A DNA stretch of 64,000 nucleotides. Source: Corallococcus soli (GTDB taxonomy: Bacteria > Myxococcota > Myxococcia > Myxococcales > Myxococcaceae). Numbering within the stretch: position 1 is the stretch's first letter; each line of letters starts with the position of its first letter. Location: assembly GCF_014930455.1 (NCBI RefSeq), contig NZ_JAAIYO010000008.1, positions 160,367 to 224,366 of the forward strand. The letters are read 5' to 3'. Below are positions 58,951 to 64,000 of the stretch, in pieces. The translations under genes and the position numbers were made by a program. Below the pieces are notes generated by a model, which worked only from the letters and a program-made list of their open reading frames with translations, was not told the DNA's origin and did no database searches.

Positions 58951-60549
58951 CTACCGGCGCTTCATCGCCGCGTCGGCGTGCTTCTCACGGAACTCGGAGT
59001 AGGGGCCGTTGAAGTCGAGCACTTCCTTGCCCGCCTCCATGCTCCAGATGCGCGTGGCGACCTCGGAGATGAGCTCCTGGTCGTGCGTGACGACGATGAC
59101 CGTGCCCTCGAACTTCTGGAGGCCTTCGGCCAGCGCCGCGATGGACTCCAGGTCCAGGTGGTTCGTCGGCTCGTCCAGGATGAGCACGTTGTCCTGCATG
59201 ATCATCAGCTTCGACAGGAGCACGCGCACCGTCTCACCACCGGAGAGCGTGTCCGTGTTCTTCATCCGCTCCTCGCCCGAGAACAGCATCCGGCCCAGCA
59301 CGCCGGAGATCTCCTCGTTCGTCAGCTTCTCGCTGATCTCCCGCAGGTAGCCGAAGCAGGTCGTGCCCTTGTAGATGACGCCGTGGTGGTCCTGCGGCAG
59401 GTAGCCCACCGACGCCTGGTGGCCCCAGGTGATGGTGCCACCGTCCGGCTCCGTCTTCCCGGCCAGCATCTTCACCAGCGTGGACTTGCCCACGGCGTTA
59501 CGGCCGATCACGCAGATGCGCTCGCCCTTGCAGACCAGCCCGGTGAACGGCTTGATGACCTGCACGCCGTCGTAGGACTTCTTCAGGCCCTCGAACATCA
59601 GCGTCTGCCGGCCGCTGACCACCTTCTGGTCGAACCGGATGAAGGGCCGCGCGATGTTCGAGCGCTTCAGGTCCTCCGTCTTCAGCTTGTCGATCTGCTT
59701 GATGCGGCTCTGCACCTGCGAGGCGCGCGTGCCGGCGTGGAAGCGCGCCACGAAGTCCTGCAACTGGAGGATCTTCTTCTTCTTCTCCTCCGTCTCCGAC
59801 TCCACCCGGGTCCGCAGCTGCGACTTCTGCCGGACCATGTCGTCGTAACCACCCGTGTACTGGATGATGGTCTCGTAATCGATGTCCGCGATGTGCGTGC
59901 AGATGGAGTTCAGGAAGTGCCGGTCGTGGCTGATGGTGATCAGCACGCCCTCGTAGTCGTGGAGGAAGTTCTCCAGCCAGCGGATGGAATCGATGTCCAG
60001 GTTGTTCGTGGGCTCGTCGAGCAGCAGCCCGTCCGGCTTGCCGAACAGCGCCTGCGCGAGCAACACGCGCAGCTTCAGGCCGCCGGTGAGCTGGCGCATG
60101 GGCTCTTCGTGGAAGGCCTCGTCGATGCCAAGGCCCGCCAGCAGCGTGGCCGCGTCGCTCTCCGCGGAGTAGCCGTCCTCTTCCGCGATGACGCCTTCCA
60201 GCTCACCCAGCCGGTTGCCGTCCTCCTCGGTGATGTCCGACTTGGCGAGCAGCTTGTTCTTCTCATCCATCGCCGCCCACAGGTGGCGGTTGCCCATCAG
60301 CACCACGTCCAGGACGCGGTCGTTCTCGTAGCGGAAGTGGTCCTGGCGCAGGATGCCCAGCTTGCGCGGGCGGATGATGTCGCCCATGTCCTGCTCCTCG
60401 TCACCGGCGAGGATCTTCATGAAGGTGGACTTGCCGGCACCGTTCGGTCCGGTCAGGCCGTAGCGACGGCCCGGCGAGAAGGCGACGTTGACCTCCTCGA
60501 AAAGCTTCTTGGGCCCATAGGCCTTGGAGACGTTGATGACGTTGAACAT
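58951..60549 (-). CDS. uup: ABC-F family ATPase (Uup/EttA-like, tandem ABC domains, no TM)
   Basis: Two Walker A motifs (GPNGAGKST and GRNAVGKST), two signature motifs (LSGGLKLRV / LSGGETVRV) and a linker. ATG at 60549. Confidence 0.9.
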   Translation of the reverse strand: MFNVINVSKAYGPKKLFEEVNVAFSPGRRYGLTGPNGAGKSTFMKILAGDEEQDMGDIIRPRKLGILRQDHFRYENDRVLDVVLMGNRHLWAAMDEKNKLLAKSDITEEDGNRLGELEGVIAEEDGYSAESDAATLLAGLGIDEAFHEEPMRQLTGGLKLRVLLAQALFGKPDGLLLDEPTNNLDIDSIRWLENFLHDYEGVLITISHDRHFLNSICTHIADIDYETIIQYTGGYDDMVRQKSQLRTRVESETEEKKKKILQLQDFVARFHAGTRASQVQSRIKQIDKLKTEDLKRSNIARPFIRFDQKVVSGRQTLMFEGLKKSYDGVQVIKPFTGLVCKGERICVIGRNAVGKSTLVKMLAGKTEPDGGTITWGHQASVGYLPQDHHGVIYKGTTCFGYLREISEKLTNEEISGVLGRMLFSGEERMKNTDTLSGGETVRVLLSKLMIMQDNVLILDEPTNHLDLESIAALAEGLQKFEGTVIVVTHDQELISEVATRIWSMEAGKEVLDFNGPYSEFREKHADAAMKRR

Positions 60550-60598
60550 GGCGGCGGCTTGTAGCGGAAATGGCGCGTCCACCAAAGACGCGCGGTGA

Positions 60599-62011
<1,413 letters not shown>

Positions 62012-62158
62012 AGCCCCGGCGGTGGGCGCGGGCGCGCGTCCCGTCGTCCGCCCCCCGGCCGGGTTGGGCGCCAGGGTGAAGGCCGGCGCGGTGCGGCGCT
62101 TCCGGGCGGGTTAGCCTGGGGAACCCCGGGCGCGCAGGTGCCCGGCCCTCTTCGCCGC

Positions 62159-63346
62159 ATGGACTCCCGCGTCGCCACCCTCCTGAGCCACGTTCGCGCG
62201 CAGGCCGAGAACCGGCCCGGCGTGTACCGCATGCTCGGGCCCGCCGGGGAGCTGCTCTACGTGGGCAAGTCCGTGCGGGTTCGCACGCGGCTCCTGTCGT
62301 ACTTCCGCGCGGACGAGGGCGAGAAGGCGGCGGAGATCATCGCGCAGGCGCACCGGGTGGAGTGGGAATACACGGCCAGCGAGTTCGCGGCGCTCCTGCA
62401 TGAGTTCCGGCTCATCAAGGGCCACCGGCCGCTCTACAACGTGGAGCACAAGAAGGACCGCGCGCACTGCTTCCTGCAACTCACGCGGGAGGCCGTGCCC
62501 CGGCTGCGCGTCGTGGCGCAGCCCGGCGGCGGTGGCACCGCGGAGTACTTCGGGCCCTTCCACGGCCGGCACACCATGGCGGAGGTGGTGCGCGCGGTGA
62601 ACGACCTGCTGGAGCTGCGCGACTGTCCCTCCGACACGCCCATGCGGCTGGCGGACCAGTTCCAGCTCTTCGCGATGAAGGACGACCCCCGGTGCATGCG
62701 GGGCCAGACGGCGCGGTGCCTGTCGCCCTGCGCGAGCGGGTGCACACAGGCGGAGTACCTGGCCCAGGTCGCGCTGGCGCGGGCGTTCCTCAACGGCGGG
62801 TCGGACCGGCCGCTGGTCATCCTGCGCGAGCGCATGGCGATGGCGGCGCGGCGGCTCCAGTTCGAGTACGCGGCGGAGCTGCGCGACCGCGCCGAACGGC
62901 TGGAGAACGTCCAGGCGTGGATCGTGGAGCTGGGCCGGACGCTGCGGCGGCTGTCCCTGGTCTACACGGTGCGGGGGCAGGGCGGCGGCGAGGACCGCGC
63001 GTACGTGCTGCGGCGGGGGCGGATCCGCGCGGAGGTGCCCGCGCCCCGGACGCAGGAGGAGCAGGCGGCGCTGGAGGCGCGGGTGCGGGACATCTTCGCG
63101 CTGCCGGAGCCGGAGGCCATCGGCCTTCGTGCCCAGGAGGCGCAGGAGGTGATGCTCATCGCGAAGTGGTTCCGCCTGCACCCCGACGAGCTGGAGGGCA
63201 CGGTGCCGGCCTCGGCGCGCACCGGCGAGGCGGCGGCGTCCGAGGAGGCCGCCGAAGCGCGGGCCGAGCTGGCCCGGACGCTGGAGCGCACCGTCGAGGG
63301 GCCGGGTGGGGAAGCGCCGGAGCCCCCTAACGCAGTTGCCGGATGA
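62159..63346 (+). CDS. UvrC-homologue / Cho-like excinuclease (GIY-YIG domain plus Cys-rich UvrC N-terminal half)
   Basis: GIY-YIG signature (GVYRMLGPAGELLYVGKSVRVRTRLLSY...E). UvrC-like region (CLSPCASGC). No C-terminal RNaseH-like or HhH domain. Confidence 0.7.
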   Translation: MDSRVATLLSHVRAQAENRPGVYRMLGPAGELLYVGKSVRVRTRLLSYFRADEGEKAAEIIAQAHRVEWEYTASEFAALLHEFRLIKGHRPLYNVEHKKDRAHCFLQLTREAVPRLRVVAQPGGGGTAEYFGPFHGRHTMAEVVRAVNDLLELRDCPSDTPMRLADQFQLFAMKDDPRCMRGQTARCLSPCASGCTQAEYLAQVALARAFLNGGSDRPLVILRERMAMAARRLQFEYAAELRDRAERLENVQAWIVELGRTLRRLSLVYTVRGQGGGEDRAYVLRRGRIRAEVPAPRTQEEQAALEARVRDIFALPEPEAIGLRAQEAQEVMLIAKWFRLHPDELEGTVPASARTGEAAASEEAAEARAELARTLERTVEGPGGEAPEPPNAVAG

Positions 63347-63887
63347 CGCGGCAGGGATTGCCCGCGGCGAAGACGTAGGGCGGGATGTCCCGGGTCACCA
63401 CGCTGCCAGCGCCGATGGTGGTGCCCTCCCCGATGGTGACGCCCGGGCAGATGATGGAGCCGCCGCCAATCCACACCTTGGCGCCGATGGTGATGGGGCG
63501 CCCCAGCTCCGGGCCCTTGATGCGCTCGTCCGCGTCCAGGGGATGCGTGGCCGCGTAGAGCTGCACGCCGGGGCCCATGAACACGTCATCCCCCAGCGTC
63601 ACCGGATTGCAGTCGAGGATGACGCATTGGAAGTTCATGAACACGCGCGTGCCCAGCCGGATGTGCGCGCCGTAGTCGCAGAAGAACGGGGGCTCGATCC
63701 AGGTGCCTTCGCCCACCGCGCCCAGGAGCCGGGTCAGCAGCTCGGCGCGCTGCTTCGGCTCGTCCTGGGTGGACTGGTTGTACTCGCGCAGGAGCTTGCG
63801 CGCGTGGCCCCGCTCGGCCATCAGCTGGGGGTCCGTCGCGAGGTACAGCTCGCCCGCGAGCATCTTCTCCTTCTCGGTCCGTGCCAT
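63327..63887 (-). CDS. sugar O-acetyltransferase (Maa/LacA-like, left-handed beta-helix)
   Basis: Hexapeptide repeats (VFMGPGVQLYAATHPLD...ITIGAKVWIGGGSIICPGVTIGEGTTIGAGSVV). Its 3' end overlaps the convergent upstream gene by 20 nt. Confidence 0.85.
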   Translation of the reverse strand: MARTEKEKMLAGELYLATDPQLMAERGHARKLLREYNQSTQDEPKQRAELLTRLLGAVGEGTWIEPPFFCDYGAHIRLGTRVFMNFQCVILDCNPVTLGDDVFMGPGVQLYAATHPLDADERIKGPELGRPITIGAKVWIGGGSIICPGVTIGEGTTIGAGSVVTRDIPPYVFAAGNPCRVIRQLR

Positions 63888-64000
63888 GCCGACAGGGTAG
63901 GCATGAAACGCGAGGGCCTCCACGGTGCAGTGCGCAACCCCCTGTCATGCACGGACAGGGGTCCATGGTGAACAGCCGGCGTGGAGCCCGTCTCCGGAAG

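Overview
This is a ~70% GC, gene-dense chromosomal window that looks like a Myxococcaceae genome (Myxococcus or Corallococcus). It carries several loci well known from Myxococcus xanthus, a long lipopolysaccharide O-antigen locus, and one small low-GC islet that I flag as the best candidate for something undescribed.

Reading left to right:
- A fragment of a Tad-like pilus/secretion locus (tadB and tadC homologues), followed by two large FHA-domain membrane proteins.
- An xseA-xseB-(response regulator)-ispA-dxs-tlyA operon.
- A GAF/hybrid histidine kinase ending in a degenerate GGDEF domain.
- The bactofilin bacN-bacO-bacP-padC locus, followed by pyrE.
- Housekeeping genes: a LOG-family protein, a rhomboid protease, nadB, a lytic transglycosylase, pgsA and tRNA-Gly(GCC).
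- An ABC-transporter-dependent O-antigen locus running from about 30.8 to 53 kb. It contains wzm and wzt, several GT2 glycosyltransferases, a methyltransferase-coiled-coil-GT1 fusion, a separate methyltransferase, a GT2/DUF2304/DUF2142 periplasmic glycan-modification module, a GT1 glycosyltransferase, and rfbBDAC for dTDP-rhamnose.
- yihY, followed by two lipoproteins.
- A ~3.4 kb islet with lower GC (about 55.5-58.9 kb). It encodes an overlapping gene pair (a DUF4041/T5orf172 membrane protein and a wHTH-PD-(D/E)xK nuclease-like protein), a decayed DUF4011-type helicase gene, and an unknown ORF. I read this as a small horizontally acquired defence islet.
- Then uup (ABC-F), tgt, a Cho-like GIY-YIG nuclease and a maltose-type O-acetyltransferase.

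I found no rRNA, no CRISPR array and no transposase or integrase. Many long antisense ORFs are artefacts of the high GC content.
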